NCBI GenBank assembly: GCA_048881705.1
Contig: JBHLSH010000032.1
Coordinates: 1-38,827, forward strand
Source: Candidatus Heimdallarchaeota archaeon
GTDB taxonomy: Archaea; Asgardarchaeota; Heimdallarchaeia; Hodarchaeales; Hodarchaeaceae
Reading direction: 5' to 3'
Length of the DNA: 38,827 nt
Part shown: positions 1-8,954 of the stretch, piece after piece
Position numbering within the stretch: position 1 is the stretch's first letter
Layout: each line of letters opens with the position of its first letter
The notes under the pieces: model-generated
What the model saw: the letters and a program-made list of their open reading frames with translations, nothing else
What the model was told of the DNA's origin: nothing
Database searches by the model: none
Program-made: the position numbers and the translations under genes

Positions 1-2
1 AA

Positions 3-76
3 TGGGTCCGGGGAGATTTGAACTCCCGAGCTCGCGCGCCCCAGGCGCGGATCCTACCAAACTAGACCACGAACCC
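3..76 (-). tRNA. tRNA-Pro(GGG), no intron
   Basis: Reverse complement folds as a cloverleaf: acceptor GGGTTCG/CGGACCC, anticodon stem CGCGC/GCGCG with loop CT-GGG-GC, T arm GGGAG-TTCAAAT-CTCCC. Confidence 0.95.
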
Positions 77-367
77 TTTTGTTTCACGGCATTTCCAGGT
101 ATTTCCAGGCGAGTAACCCGTTTTTTTCCCGTTTATATGAATGCATATCCCTAGTTTGCCGTATGGATTTAGATATGGATTTTCCTATATGGTTTTTCCA
201 GCTTTTTGAAGTAAACCATCTTGAATGGCATAGCCCAGCTCCAGACTGTTTAGATCTTGGGCGAAATCCTTGGATAAAAAAATGTTCCATGTTTTCGTTT
301 GAATAAACCTTTAGAGGAGTTTTCCTCTGAAGGGTTTGGAAACACAACCAGCGAGACGAAGACGAAA

Positions 368-1483
368 ATGGAGCGCGGTCAGAAAATCCTATCAAAAAAA
401 GACCCCCTTCAGCGCCAGAGAACACCTAAGATGAAATCTTTAGTGTTAACTCCTGTGGGATATCCATTAAGGGCTGGAGAAGAAGCCACACCCTTTGTAT
501 TGACAACTGATGACCCAACGTTATTTCAACACTACGCCATCCAACAATGGGCTGGGAGTGTGGTGAGAACTGGAAATTTTCTATTCGATTCTTTATTATT
601 TCCTGATTATGCCTTTCGTGCAGTAACCGTTGAGCCTGATGGTTCACGAATATCAGAAACCACTAAAATTTCTCTTTCAATCGATTCTACTCCCGTAGAG
701 GCTCCGATTTCTCGATCCGCAGCTCAAGTACGATTTGGTGATGTTGTCGGACAGAATCAGGCAAAAGAAAAATGCCAGGTGATCGCACGATTTCTAAATG
801 ACGAATCGCTCATCAGTTCGCCATGGGTTCCTAGAAATGTTTTGTTTTATGGTCCTCCGGGATGCGGAAAAACGATGCTTGCACGAGCCCTGTCCTACGA
901 GACGAAGCACCCGATGTTCATGGTAAAAGCCAGCGAACTGTTGGGGATTTACGTGGGAGATGGCGCACGTAAAATACAGAACCTCTACACGGAGGCCCGA
1001 AAAAAAGCTCCCGCCATCATCTTCATTGATGAACTAGACGCCATTGGACTAAAGAGGAATTATCAGAGCATAAGAGGGGATGTTGTAGAGATTGTAAGTG
1101 CCCTATTGGGAGAAATGGACGGTATTACCCGAAATCAAGGAGTAGTTACCATAGCGAGTACGAATGAACCATCAATTCTCGATGTCGCAGTCCTGGGACG
1201 TTTTGAAGAACTGATCGAATTTTCTCGGCCCTCGGTAAATGAAAGGGCCGATATTCTACGGATGAATGCCGCGAGTTCTCCAATTCCCTTTATTGGGATT
1301 TCCTGGATAGAAATCGCTCAAAAAACCCGAGACTGGTCTGGCCGGGATCTTAAGGAGCGAATCATAAAAAACGCAATTCATGGGGCAATCCTTAATGGTA
1401 GGACTCAAATTACAATGCAGAATGTTTTCGATATGATGGAGAAACATAAGTTTACCCCAGAACCATTGGCCCATTACGGATAA
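368..1483 (+). CDS. AMA-type archaeal AAA ATPase (COG1223-like)
   Basis: N-domain GYPL motif, Walker A GPPGCGKT, Walker B IIFIDELD, SRH region ASTNEPSILDVAVLGRF. Start uncertain: TTG 299, ATG 368 or ATG 431. Confidence 0.85.
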   Translation: MERGQKILSKKDPLQRQRTPKMKSLVLTPVGYPLRAGEEATPFVLTTDDPTLFQHYAIQQWAGSVVRTGNFLFDSLLFPDYAFRAVTVEPDGSRISETTKISLSIDSTPVEAPISRSAAQVRFGDVVGQNQAKEKCQVIARFLNDESLISSPWVPRNVLFYGPPGCGKTMLARALSYETKHPMFMVKASELLGIYVGDGARKIQNLYTEARKKAPAIIFIDELDAIGLKRNYQSIRGDVVEIVSALLGEMDGITRNQGVVTIASTNEPSILDVAVLGRFEELIEFSRPSVNERADILRMNAASSPIPFIGISWIEIAQKTRDWSGRDLKERIIKNAIHGAILNGRTQITMQNVFDMMEKHKFTPEPLAHYG

Positions 1484-1519
1484 TCTATAAGATCAAAAAA
1501 ACCGTAAATTGAAATTCTA

Positions 1520-2641
1520 ATGTCATCCAAACGTTTTTTTTTTCTGCTATCAGGGGAAAATCCCAGCCTCGCCACATATGAGCTAGAATGTTTAGTTCAT
1601 CTTCTGATTGATTCCCCTTTCCGCATTCAAATAAGTCAGGATAATCGTGTCTTTGAACTTATACTTTCTTTAGGCGCTAAACCAAAATTGGATATGAGCT
1701 TCCTCAATGAAATTATGGATCGAGTTACCCTAGCTCATTATTGCTGTGAAAGACTATTTCAAATCGATTATTGTAGTACCTCGATTCCCCAATCAGGAGA
1801 GGAATTGGTGGCCGCAATCCCACAAACAATTTTCCACAAAATGGATCCAGAAAGGACATTTGCAGTTACAACCAAGCGTATTGGGAATCCTATTGGTCCG
1901 TGCAGAGACCGAGGATTTACATTAGAGATTTCTGGGCTGGTAGGAAATATCATCCAAGAACTTAATCCCGGTAAACAGGTTAATTTGGACGTACCGATGG
2001 AGCAAATCATCATTCTGGTCAGTAAACACGGAATGTGGTTAGGAAAATACCTGAGGGATTCATTTCGGAAGAAGGTTCGTCTTCGTAGTGCTCATAGCCG
2101 CCCGTTTTTCCATCCAAGTGCAATGAATCCAATCTTACAGCGGACAATGATTAATCTCGCTTCACTCAAACCAGGAGACTGGATGTTAGATCCGTTTTGT
2201 GGGACAGGAGGAGCGCTTTTAGAAGGAGCTCGTTTAGGAATACGTTCTGTTGGAGTCGAAATCGATAGAAGAATTATCTGGGGAGCCAGGCAAAACCTTC
2301 AATCAGATGTGCAAACAAAGTCATTTACGCACCTTATCTTTGCTGATGGTATTCGCCTTGGAATAAAGGGGGGTGCGATTGACGGAGTGGTCACGGACCC
2401 ACCATACGGATCTGCGGCGTCTACTAAAGGAAGAGGCTTGGATGAGCTCTTAATAGAATTATTCCGAGAAATTCGCCCCTTTTTACGTCCCCAGTGTCGT
2501 GTTGTTGTGGCTACGCCTTCCTCTTTAGAAATAGAACAACAAGCTGCCCAAATTTTGAATGCCACCTATAAAACATTTTTTCAATATATCCACAAGTCGC
2601 TGACCCGCAAGATCTTGGTCTTCATCCTGAATAAGCCTTGA
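1520..2641 (+). CDS. trmG10: tRNA (guanine10-N2)-methyltransferase, THUMP plus methyltransferase domains (Trm-G10/Trm11 family)
   Basis: THUMP-like FAV..KRIG and VNLD.P segments, RPFFHPSAM, SAM-binding LDPFCGTGG, catalytic TDPPYG. Confidence 0.88.
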   Translation: MSSKRFFFLLSGENPSLATYELECLVHLLIDSPFRIQISQDNRVFELILSLGAKPKLDMSFLNEIMDRVTLAHYCCERLFQIDYCSTSIPQSGEELVAAIPQTIFHKMDPERTFAVTTKRIGNPIGPCRDRGFTLEISGLVGNIIQELNPGKQVNLDVPMEQIIILVSKHGMWLGKYLRDSFRKKVRLRSAHSRPFFHPSAMNPILQRTMINLASLKPGDWMLDPFCGTGGALLEGARLGIRSVGVEIDRRIIWGARQNLQSDVQTKSFTHLIFADGIRLGIKGGAIDGVVTDPPYGSAASTKGRGLDELLIELFREIRPFLRPQCRVVVATPSSLEIEQQAAQILNATYKTFFQYIHKSLTRKILVFILNKP

Positions 2642-2858
2642 TGAGAAGGATTAGAACCTACCCTAGACCTTGTTTGCCCCTCCTCCGAAGTAGTGGCCGA
2701 ACTACTGTTCCGTTAACCTAGTCATTTAAAAGCATGAAGAAACTTAAAGTACTTGGGATTCAGCGAATAAAGAATGGGTCGAAGATCTATTCGCGTTTTA
2801 TTCACATGCTTAATTCAAGATAACAAATCTTATTACATGCCGGTAATGAATACAGCCA

Positions 2859-4757
2859 ATGAAAGTAGCTGATGAGTCAATGAATGTTGCTGCAACCAAA
2901 GTTCTAAAAAGCGAGATCATAAATGTGGATATGGATTTTCGTACAACCCAGGAAATACCAATCCCCTCACGTCTCGTCGACCAAGTGATAGGCCAAGATC
3001 CCGCAGTCGAAATTATCAAGAAAGCAGCGATCCAACGACGAAATGTACTCTTAATAGGAGATCCAGGGACAGGGAAATCCATGTTGGGTCAAGCTTTGGC
3101 CGAATTACTTCCTCGAGAGGAGCTTGAAGACATCTTATGTCTACCAAATCAAAATGACTCCCATACACCGCGAATTATGACCGTCCCTGCTCATGAAGGC
3201 CGAAAGATCGTAGACCATTACAAACAGGTGGCTCGTACTGCAGATCAACGACGTAATTTTCTGTTATTAGGAATTCCGGCTTTAATTATCCTTTTGGGTC
3301 TGGTTTTAGCCCCAGGTGAGTTTCTATTCTCTATCTTTGTAGCCCTTGTCGCTTTTTTTGTTATAGGCCAATTTCGAAGCCGTCGCGAGAATTTGGTCCC
3401 AAAGCTCTTGGTAGACAACTCTGAAAGCACGAGCGCCCCATTTAACGATGCAACTGGTGCTCACGCGGGCGCTCTTTTGGGTGACGTTCGGCACGACCCT
3501 TTCCAATCGGGGGGACTCGGAACTCCAGCACATGATCGGGTCGAGGCTGGATTGATCCATAAAGCCCATAAGGGTGTTTTGTACATCGACGAAGTAGCTA
3601 CCTTGAACCAGAAGACCCAACAACAGTTGTTGACCGCGATGCAGGATCGACAACTCGCCATCACTGGACAATCCGAACTTTCCAGTGGGGCGATGGTAAG
3701 GACCGAAGCTGTCCCTTGCGATTTTATCCTTGTTGCATCAGGAAACATTGACACAGTCCGTCGTATGCACCCGGCTCTCAGATCTCGTATTCGAGGGTAC
3801 GGTTATGAAATCGCCGTTAACCATTCCATGCCCGACACCATGGAGAATCGTCGCAAACTCGTCCGTTTTGTTTCTCAAGAGGTCAACAAAGACGGAAAAA
3901 TCCCTCATTTTGATAAATCTGCAGTCCTTGCTATTATACTTGAAGCGAAAAAACGGGCTGATAGAAAAAATCGGCTATCCCTTCGATTACGAGATCTGGG
4001 AGGTCTCATCCGGGCCGCAGGCGACATTGCCCGAGAAGAGGGCGCACCCCTCACTCAGTCGGATCATGTTTCCAGGGCGCGCGACCTCGCTCGTTCCTTA
4101 GAAAGTCAGCTCGCTGATAAGCAAATCGAACACAAGAAAGAATATCAAGTGATTCAAACAAAGGGTGGGGTTGTTGGACGTGTAAATGGCCTAGCAGTTC
4201 TGTCAGATGCCACTGGTGGAGCCCGTGGCGGGCATATTATGCCAATTGAAGCCAATGTCGTTCCAGCCCAAGGTGTCGGAGGTAAAACCATAGCCACGGG
4301 AAGTTTGCGGGTCATTGCTCGTGAATCTGTTCAAAACGTATCTGCACTCATCAAAAAGTACACAGGCAAAGATATTTCCCAAATGGACGTTCACATCCAA
4401 TTTCTAGGTGCACATGGCGTGGACGGCGATAGTGCCAGTGTTACAATTGCTACTGCCATCATGAGCGATATTGAGAATATACCAGTCCGACAAGATCTGG
4501 CCATGACGGGGTCAATCTCTGTTCGTGGAGAAGTTCTCCCAGTAGGCGGAACCACAGCTAAAATCGAAGGTGCAGCACAGGTAGGAATCACAACCGTGCT
4601 GATTCCGGCAGCAAATATTGATGATGTCGTTTTGGACGAAAGTATCCGGGACAAAATCGAAATAATCCCCGTCCGCACACTGGATGAAGTATTATCAAAC
4701 GCTCTTCTGGGATGGGACAAGAGCAAACACGTATCAGCCGTACCTACCCCTGCGTAG
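2859..4757 (+). CDS. lonB: Archaeal membrane-anchored Lon protease (LonB)
   Basis: Walker A GDPGTGKS, two hydrophobic segments inserted in the AAA module, GALLGDVRHDPFQSGGLGTP, Walker B LYIDE, Ser-Lys dyad GDSAS...GGTTAK. Confidence 0.96.
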   Translation: MKVADESMNVAATKVLKSEIINVDMDFRTTQEIPIPSRLVDQVIGQDPAVEIIKKAAIQRRNVLLIGDPGTGKSMLGQALAELLPREELEDILCLPNQNDSHTPRIMTVPAHEGRKIVDHYKQVARTADQRRNFLLLGIPALIILLGLVLAPGEFLFSIFVALVAFFVIGQFRSRRENLVPKLLVDNSESTSAPFNDATGAHAGALLGDVRHDPFQSGGLGTPAHDRVEAGLIHKAHKGVLYIDEVATLNQKTQQQLLTAMQDRQLAITGQSELSSGAMVRTEAVPCDFILVASGNIDTVRRMHPALRSRIRGYGYEIAVNHSMPDTMENRRKLVRFVSQEVNKDGKIPHFDKSAVLAIILEAKKRADRKNRLSLRLRDLGGLIRAAGDIAREEGAPLTQSDHVSRARDLARSLESQLADKQIEHKKEYQVIQTKGGVVGRVNGLAVLSDATGGARGGHIMPIEANVVPAQGVGGKTIATGSLRVIARESVQNVSALIKKYTGKDISQMDVHIQFLGAHGVDGDSASVTIATAIMSDIENIPVRQDLAMTGSISVRGEVLPVGGTTAKIEGAAQVGITTVLIPAANIDDVVLDESIRDKIEIIPVRTLDEVLSNALLGWDKSKHVSAVPTPA

Positions 4758-5001
4758 GTTAGCACACTCTGTAACTTATCTACGGCCTACATCATCGTTG
4801 CAGCGCGTGACCGACTGCCAACTCTATTTTTCTATCCAAAAGGAGGGCTTTTTCTCCGTCTACACCCAACTTCCGTTTGTTTACCTAAGGTATAAGCTCA
4901 TATGAAATAGGTTTATGTTGCTGTTCGGAAATATCTTCAAAGGACATATCGCCCTCATTATCTCAGGTACATGCCAAAATAAGAGATTAACAATATTCAT
5001 T

Positions 5002-5109
5002 GGATCCGTGGCTTAGCCTGGATAAAAGAAATCCTTAATGTTGGTTTCTGTCTCGAGCGACGGCCTTCTAAGTCGTAGATCGGGGGTTCAAATCCCCCCG
5101 GATCCGCCA
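5002..5109 (+). tRNA. tRNA-Arg(TCT) with a 30-nt D-arm intron; CCA encoded
   Basis: Acceptor GGATCCG/CGGATCC, anticodon stem ACGGC/GTCGT with CT-TCT-AA, T arm GGGGG-TTCAAAT-CCCCC, then G-CCA. Removing 5026-5055 restores the D arm GCTTAGCCTGGATAAAGC. Confidence 0.93.
5026..5055 (+). other. tRNA intron at position 22/23 (bulge-helix-bulge)
   Basis: Central helix GGAT/GTCT, 3-nt bulges AA|A and CG|A, intron-side helix AGAAA/TTTCT. Confidence 0.85.
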
Positions 5110-5166
5110 CATGTGAATAGGAAGAAAGGACTCGTGGCTTAGCCTGGATAAAGCCCCTGCCTCCTA

Positions 5167-5195
5167 TTAATAACGCAATACGCGTTAAAGGTGAG
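5167..5195 (+). other. Canonical tRNA intron at 37/38, 29 nt
   Basis: Hairpin TAACGC/GCGTTA; relaxed central helix CTCC/GGTG with one mismatch; 3' bulge AG|A. Confidence 0.85.
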
Positions 5196-5217
5196 AGCAG
5201 GTGATCGAGGGTTCAAA

Positions 5218-5250
5218 ATGTTGGATCTTGTGGGATCAACAACAGGAAAT
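5218..5250 (+). other. T-loop tRNA intron at 59/60, 33 nt
   Basis: Removal gives the standard T loop TTCAAAT. Intron helices TGTTG/CAACA and GATC/GATC; central helix TTCA/GGAA with one mismatch; bulges AA|A and AT|T. Confidence 0.8.
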
Positions 5251-5321
5251 TCCCTCCGAGTCCGTTACGTATCCAAATTAATGACCTTAAATGAATACAG
5301 GGCCCGTAGCTTAGCCTGGAT

Positions 5322-5331
5322 CACTTCAGAA
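5322..5331 (+). other. Putative 10-nt D-loop micro-intron at 20a/21
   Basis: CACTTCAGAA. Removal gives AGCCTGGATAGAGT. Helix CTGG/TCAG with cut points AT|C and AA|A, but no intron-side helix. Confidence 0.55.
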
Positions 5332-5348
5332 AGAGTACTGCGCTCCGG

Positions 5349-5377
5349 AGATATCCGGAGAACCTGATTTTGGAGAA
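5349..5377 (+). other. Canonical tRNA intron at 37/38, 29 nt
   Basis: Perfect central helix CTCC/GGAG, bulges GG|A and AA|A. Confidence 0.88.
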
Positions 5378-5605
5378 ACGCAGAGACCATGGGTTCGAAT
5401 CCCATCGGGCCCGTTTGATATTCCTCGAGATCCTTGGATTTAATAGATTGAACAGGGTAACAGAAAAATTGGAATAGTAAATTTGATCTTCCATATGGCA
5501 GATGAGAATGGAATACGGGATAGGAGTGTTACATAGTTCTGGGTTATAGTCAGACACTATTCTTCTTGTTCATATTGGGCGGAAACTAGTCACTTAGAGT
5601 TTAAC

Positions 5606-5842
5606 TTAGCCTTTTTTACCTAGGTACCAGTCTAGATATTCCTTATTACGCTTTCTTTTGCGTTGATCACCGAAATCGGCTTCGTCTTCGACCCTATCTA
5701 TCTGGGCTTCCATGACCATTGCCCGTTGACGATCATGCATCTGTTCATACTCTCGTCTTCGGAGGGCAAGACCACAGACGGTGCAGACATAAAAGGGGCT
5801 TCGCCATTTTGCCAGTCCGCCACATTCAGGACATTTTGCCAC
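5606..5842 (-). CDS. Small Zn-ribbon protein with charged helical tail, function unknown
   Basis: CPECGG...CTVCG ribbon, basic tail ending KEYLDWYLGKKG; GTG start with a GGAG upstream. Confidence 0.75.
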   Translation of the reverse strand: MAKCPECGGLAKWRSPFYVCTVCGLALRRREYEQMHDRQRAMVMEAQIDRVEDEADFGDQRKRKRNKEYLDWYLGKKG

Positions 5843-6088
5843 TGTTTAGACATACTCCATATGGAATTTCTTTGTGTTTTACGATTTATGAGTGTTGGGA
5901 TGAGGGTTAATTCTGGTGGGACATTTCACGGTAATATTATTTGTGCTTTGGTTTGTGATTCTTTTGGTAATGAGATTCTGAATTTATAAAGGTCATTGTT
6001 ATTAGAGGGTGGGCAATAATCGCGTGTACGGTGGCTTTTTCCGCGCTCTGAGACGAGCTAACCAAAGTTTCCCATGAGGAGCTAATCC

Positions 6089-7219
6089 ATGTTTAGGCTG
6101 CTACGTTTGGATACGGAGGCAATTTGGAATAATGAAATAGTCAAGCAACGATTTCATCGATATCATGCGATAATAAAACAGGAGAAGGTCGCTAAGTATC
6201 TTGTGGCTAAAAAAACCCCTATCGAAGCAAATGATTTACGATCAATGGGTCTAGATCAACTTTGGGCCTTGCATCAATCGACCCGAAAAGAATTTGATAA
6301 TTTACTCCGTGATCTTGATACGGGGGAAGTTGGGATAAATACGATAGACACGCCGCCCGTTTCTTTTTTGGATTTGAAAACATACATTGCTCGTGAATTA
6401 TTAAAGAAATGTAACCTTTGTGAACGGAACTGTGGGATAGACCGTACAGCTGGTAAGCTAGGATATTGTCGTTTAGATGATAGGAGCGTGGTGACTTCTT
6501 CATTTCTACATATCGGTGAGGAACCTCCGCTTATCCCGTCTGGAACCATTTTTTTCGCCTCATGCGTCTTTAAGTGCGTCTTTTGTCAGAATTGGACGAT
6601 CAGTCAACGATGGGGAACGATCAACAACCTGAATGAAGGATATTTTGTATCATCTTCTGAGTTGGCAAGAATCATGGAAAGATTGGCATCCGAAGGAAGC
6701 AAGAACATTAATTATGTCGGAGGAGACCCCATACCGAATATACACAATATTTTGGAATCTATGACACATTTCCACAATAATATAACACAACTTTGGAATT
6801 CAGACATGTATATGACGGTAGAAGGAATGGAACTCCTCCAGGATGTCATAGATTTCTGGTTACCCGATTTGAAGTTTCGTGATAATGATTTTGCAAAAAA
6901 AATGACCCGTGCAAAGAATTATTGGGAAGTGGTAACACGTAACATCAAATGGGCCTATGAAAACAGCTCTACTGAGATGATTGTTCGCCACCTAGTGATG
7001 CCAGGCAGAATCGAAACAGACACATTCCCCATTTTAGACTGGTGTGCTGAGAATATTCCGCGAGCATTCGTGAACATAATGGGACAGTATAGGCCAGAGC
7101 ATAAAGTACACACGGATCCCAGATATTTGTCAATCAGGCGGCGAATCACGGGGCAGGAGATGGAAAGCAGTCGCGCATATGCTGATCAATTGGGGATTCA
7201 TTGGAAAGAAGTATCCTAA
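6089..7219 (+). CDS. Radical SAM protein, PflX/COG1313 family
   Basis: CNLCERNCGIDR..G..GYC, HIGEEPPLIPSGTIFF, CxxxCxxC (CVFKCVFC) followed by QNW.IS, VRHLVMPG, NIMGQYRP. Confidence 0.9.
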   Translation: MFRLLRLDTEAIWNNEIVKQRFHRYHAIIKQEKVAKYLVAKKTPIEANDLRSMGLDQLWALHQSTRKEFDNLLRDLDTGEVGINTIDTPPVSFLDLKTYIARELLKKCNLCERNCGIDRTAGKLGYCRLDDRSVVTSSFLHIGEEPPLIPSGTIFFASCVFKCVFCQNWTISQRWGTINNLNEGYFVSSSELARIMERLASEGSKNINYVGGDPIPNIHNILESMTHFHNNITQLWNSDMYMTVEGMELLQDVIDFWLPDLKFRDNDFAKKMTRAKNYWEVVTRNIKWAYENSSTEMIVRHLVMPGRIETDTFPILDWCAENIPRAFVNIMGQYRPEHKVHTDPRYLSIRRRITGQEMESSRAYADQLGIHWKEVS

Positions 7220-7524
7220 GGGTGTATGAAGTCGCGAAGAATCCATGGTGCTGCGTCGCTTTCTTTACCTAAATAGTCGTTTAAACCATTGAAACCTGAA
7301 CTAAGATCGTTGAACCTTCTGTTTTTCGAACTCTGGACTATTTCCGTAATTTCCTTTTCAAAATAAGCCTTAACAACAGTGTAAAAAGGTTTTGATAGTC
7401 GCTATTTGATAAGAAAACTTGTTGAGAAGAATTATGTGATCTGTAGCGGATATTGTGGCATTTCTGATTTTGAATTAGAGAAAAGCCATGCAATGTCCAA
7501 TAAAGTATACTAATTCAGATAAAC

Positions 7525-8646
7525 TCACAATGGGATAAACATTGTCTGTAGTTTGTCATGTGTCGGATATTCTTCTATGATACCCAATGAAACCGATGGA
7601 AAAAGGCTCTTAATTTCATTTTTCAATTCCTCTATTAGGGCCGCGTTAGTTAATAGTCGATTATTCTTGTAGTCTAGGTTAATCCACTCATCTGGAATCT
7701 GGAAACTGTCTATCAACATCCTGCGAATATAGGGAAGATTGTTTTCTTGAGTTTGAATAATCCCACGTAATAACAACCCCTTATCTGGCCCCTCTTCGAT
7801 GATAACGTCGCCTGGTAATTGGACATTCCTTGCAATCCGTAGGAGGCGATTAGGCAATTGGATGGAATCTTTAGTAGCCAATGCACAAAAATGTACAGGG
7901 ATACGGCAGTTCTCCGAAGCCCAAGTTACAATTTGTTGCCCGAGCTCCATACTGCCTTCAACAGCAGCTAAATTATACTGAGTCGATTTTAATCCTTGTG
8001 CAATAAGCCTACGATAATTGGTTTCACTGAACTCTAGCTCATTCAAGTTTACAAAATAGAATTGGTCGTTTTCCGGAATTAAAGCTTCAAAACGAAGAAT
8101 CAACTCCTGATAATATTCCAACGTCTTTGTAGGAAGGACAGGAACTTCGATTCCGACATCTAGAGGAAATTCGAGAGCTTTAGCTATGGAAGGTAAATCC
8201 TTATCAATATTCTTGACATGAAACCGCATTTCATCTAGGTACGGTACGATTTGTGCAAGTTTGGTGCGCGTAATTTCCTTACCACGGGTATATAGATGGA
8301 TATGAAAGCCCTGACTACGATTGTTCTTCAATGTCCTGCAATAGTCTAGGGTTTTCGAGAATGAATGAGATTCAAAGGGATCCCCTCCCGTCATACTCGC
8401 TCCTGCTGCGTCCATTAAGATGGTCTCAGCTGTCAAATCATTAATATCCATGATTGGGCGCTCATTCGCGAAGGAATGTGGAGACGCCAGACGTTCCTGG
8501 CTTAATGGACAATAAAAACACTTGCTATTGCATACTGAGGATACCAGAACAACCATCTTCTCCCCACGGTGGCATTGTTGACAACCTTTTGAGATTTGTC
8601 CCGAGTATGTACTCCCCCATGATGTTTCAGTCTTTTGGTTTTTCAT
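7525..8646 (-). CDS. Radical SAM protein, COG2108-like, function unknown
   Basis: KGCQQC..GEK.V, CxxxCxxC (CNSKCFYC), ANERPI, TGGDP, FHIHLYT, NLNELEFSETN. Confidence 0.88.
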   Translation of the reverse strand: MKNQKTETSWGSTYSGQISKGCQQCHRGEKMVVLVSSVCNSKCFYCPLSQERLASPHSFANERPIMDINDLTAETILMDAAGASMTGGDPFESHSFSKTLDYCRTLKNNRSQGFHIHLYTRGKEITRTKLAQIVPYLDEMRFHVKNIDKDLPSIAKALEFPLDVGIEVPVLPTKTLEYYQELILRFEALIPENDQFYFVNLNELEFSETNYRRLIAQGLKSTQYNLAAVEGSMELGQQIVTWASENCRIPVHFCALATKDSIQLPNRLLRIARNVQLPGDVIIEEGPDKGLLLRGIIQTQENNLPYIRRMLIDSFQIPDEWINLDYKNNRLLTNAALIEELKNEIKSLFPSVSLGIIEEYPTHDKLQTMFIPL

Positions 8647-8894
8647 TGGGGAGATTCTCGAAAATAAACCATGAATCCCTCGTCTGGCCCTTTCGAAATC
8701 ACTTTGAAGTGGCCTGGAAGATCTGCTTTTCGTAGAGCTTTCTTAGTATAGAATTTGAGCTTGCGTGCAGAAATTTTGGGCACATTGAGGGTTTTTCCTT
8801 CTTTCTTGGCCTTAATGCCTTCTTTATCCTTAATGTAATTAACAAGGTTATCAAGGACTTCGTCGTTAGGGATTTCGGAGAGATCGACCTTCAT
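8643..8894 (-). CDS. rpl22e: Ribosomal protein eL22 homolog
   Basis: SARKLKFYTKKALRK..L..HFKVIS resembles the recalled eukaryotic eL22 core SKRYLKYLTKKYLKK..L..WLRVV and ends in a similar ..YF; small and basic. Confidence 0.8.
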   Translation of the reverse strand: MKVDLSEIPNDEVLDNLVNYIKDKEGIKAKKEGKTLNVPKISARKLKFYTKKALRKADLPGHFKVISKGPDEGFMVYFRESPQ

Positions 8895-8954
8895 AGCATT
8901 TCACAGCGCTCGTAAGTAGAAAACACTCACGAATATGATATATACTTTTTTTGA

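Larger units (their letters stand above)
5128..5264 (+). tRNA. tRNA-Arg(CCT) with two introns (37/38 and 59/60)
   Basis: Acceptor GGACTCG/CGAGTCC, D arm GCTT..AAGC, anticodon stem CCTGC/GCAGG with CT-CCT-A|A, T stem GAGGG/CCCTC. Confidence 0.92.
5300..5413 (+). tRNA. tRNA-Arg(CCG) with a 29-nt 37/38 intron and a 10-nt D-loop insertion (probable intron)
   Basis: Acceptor GGGCCCG/CGGGCCC, anticodon stem CTGCG/CGCAG with CT-CCG-G|A, T arm ATGGG-TTCGAAT-CCCAT. Confidence 0.92.

Noticed and set aside
79-425. ORFs 79-306 (+) and 84-425 (-), and the short repeat ATTTCCAGG x2 at 91-110
   Set aside because: They lie in the divergent promoter region between tRNA-Pro and the ATPase; no motifs, and two 9-mers are not enough to call a site.
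5032-5230. Shared AATGTTGG in the D-arm intron and at the T-loop intron junction, as a sign of intron copying
   Set aside because: An 8-nt match with unrelated flanks is too weak to support common origin.
5011-5321. Three copies of GCTTAGCCTGGAT (5011, 5137, 5309) as a possible CRISPR or direct-repeat array
   Set aside because: They are the shared D arms of three tRNA-Arg genes; the spacing is irregular and no cas genes are present.
5321-5557. 78-aa minus-strand ORF
   Set aside because: Antisense to tRNA-Arg(CCG), with no recognisable motif.
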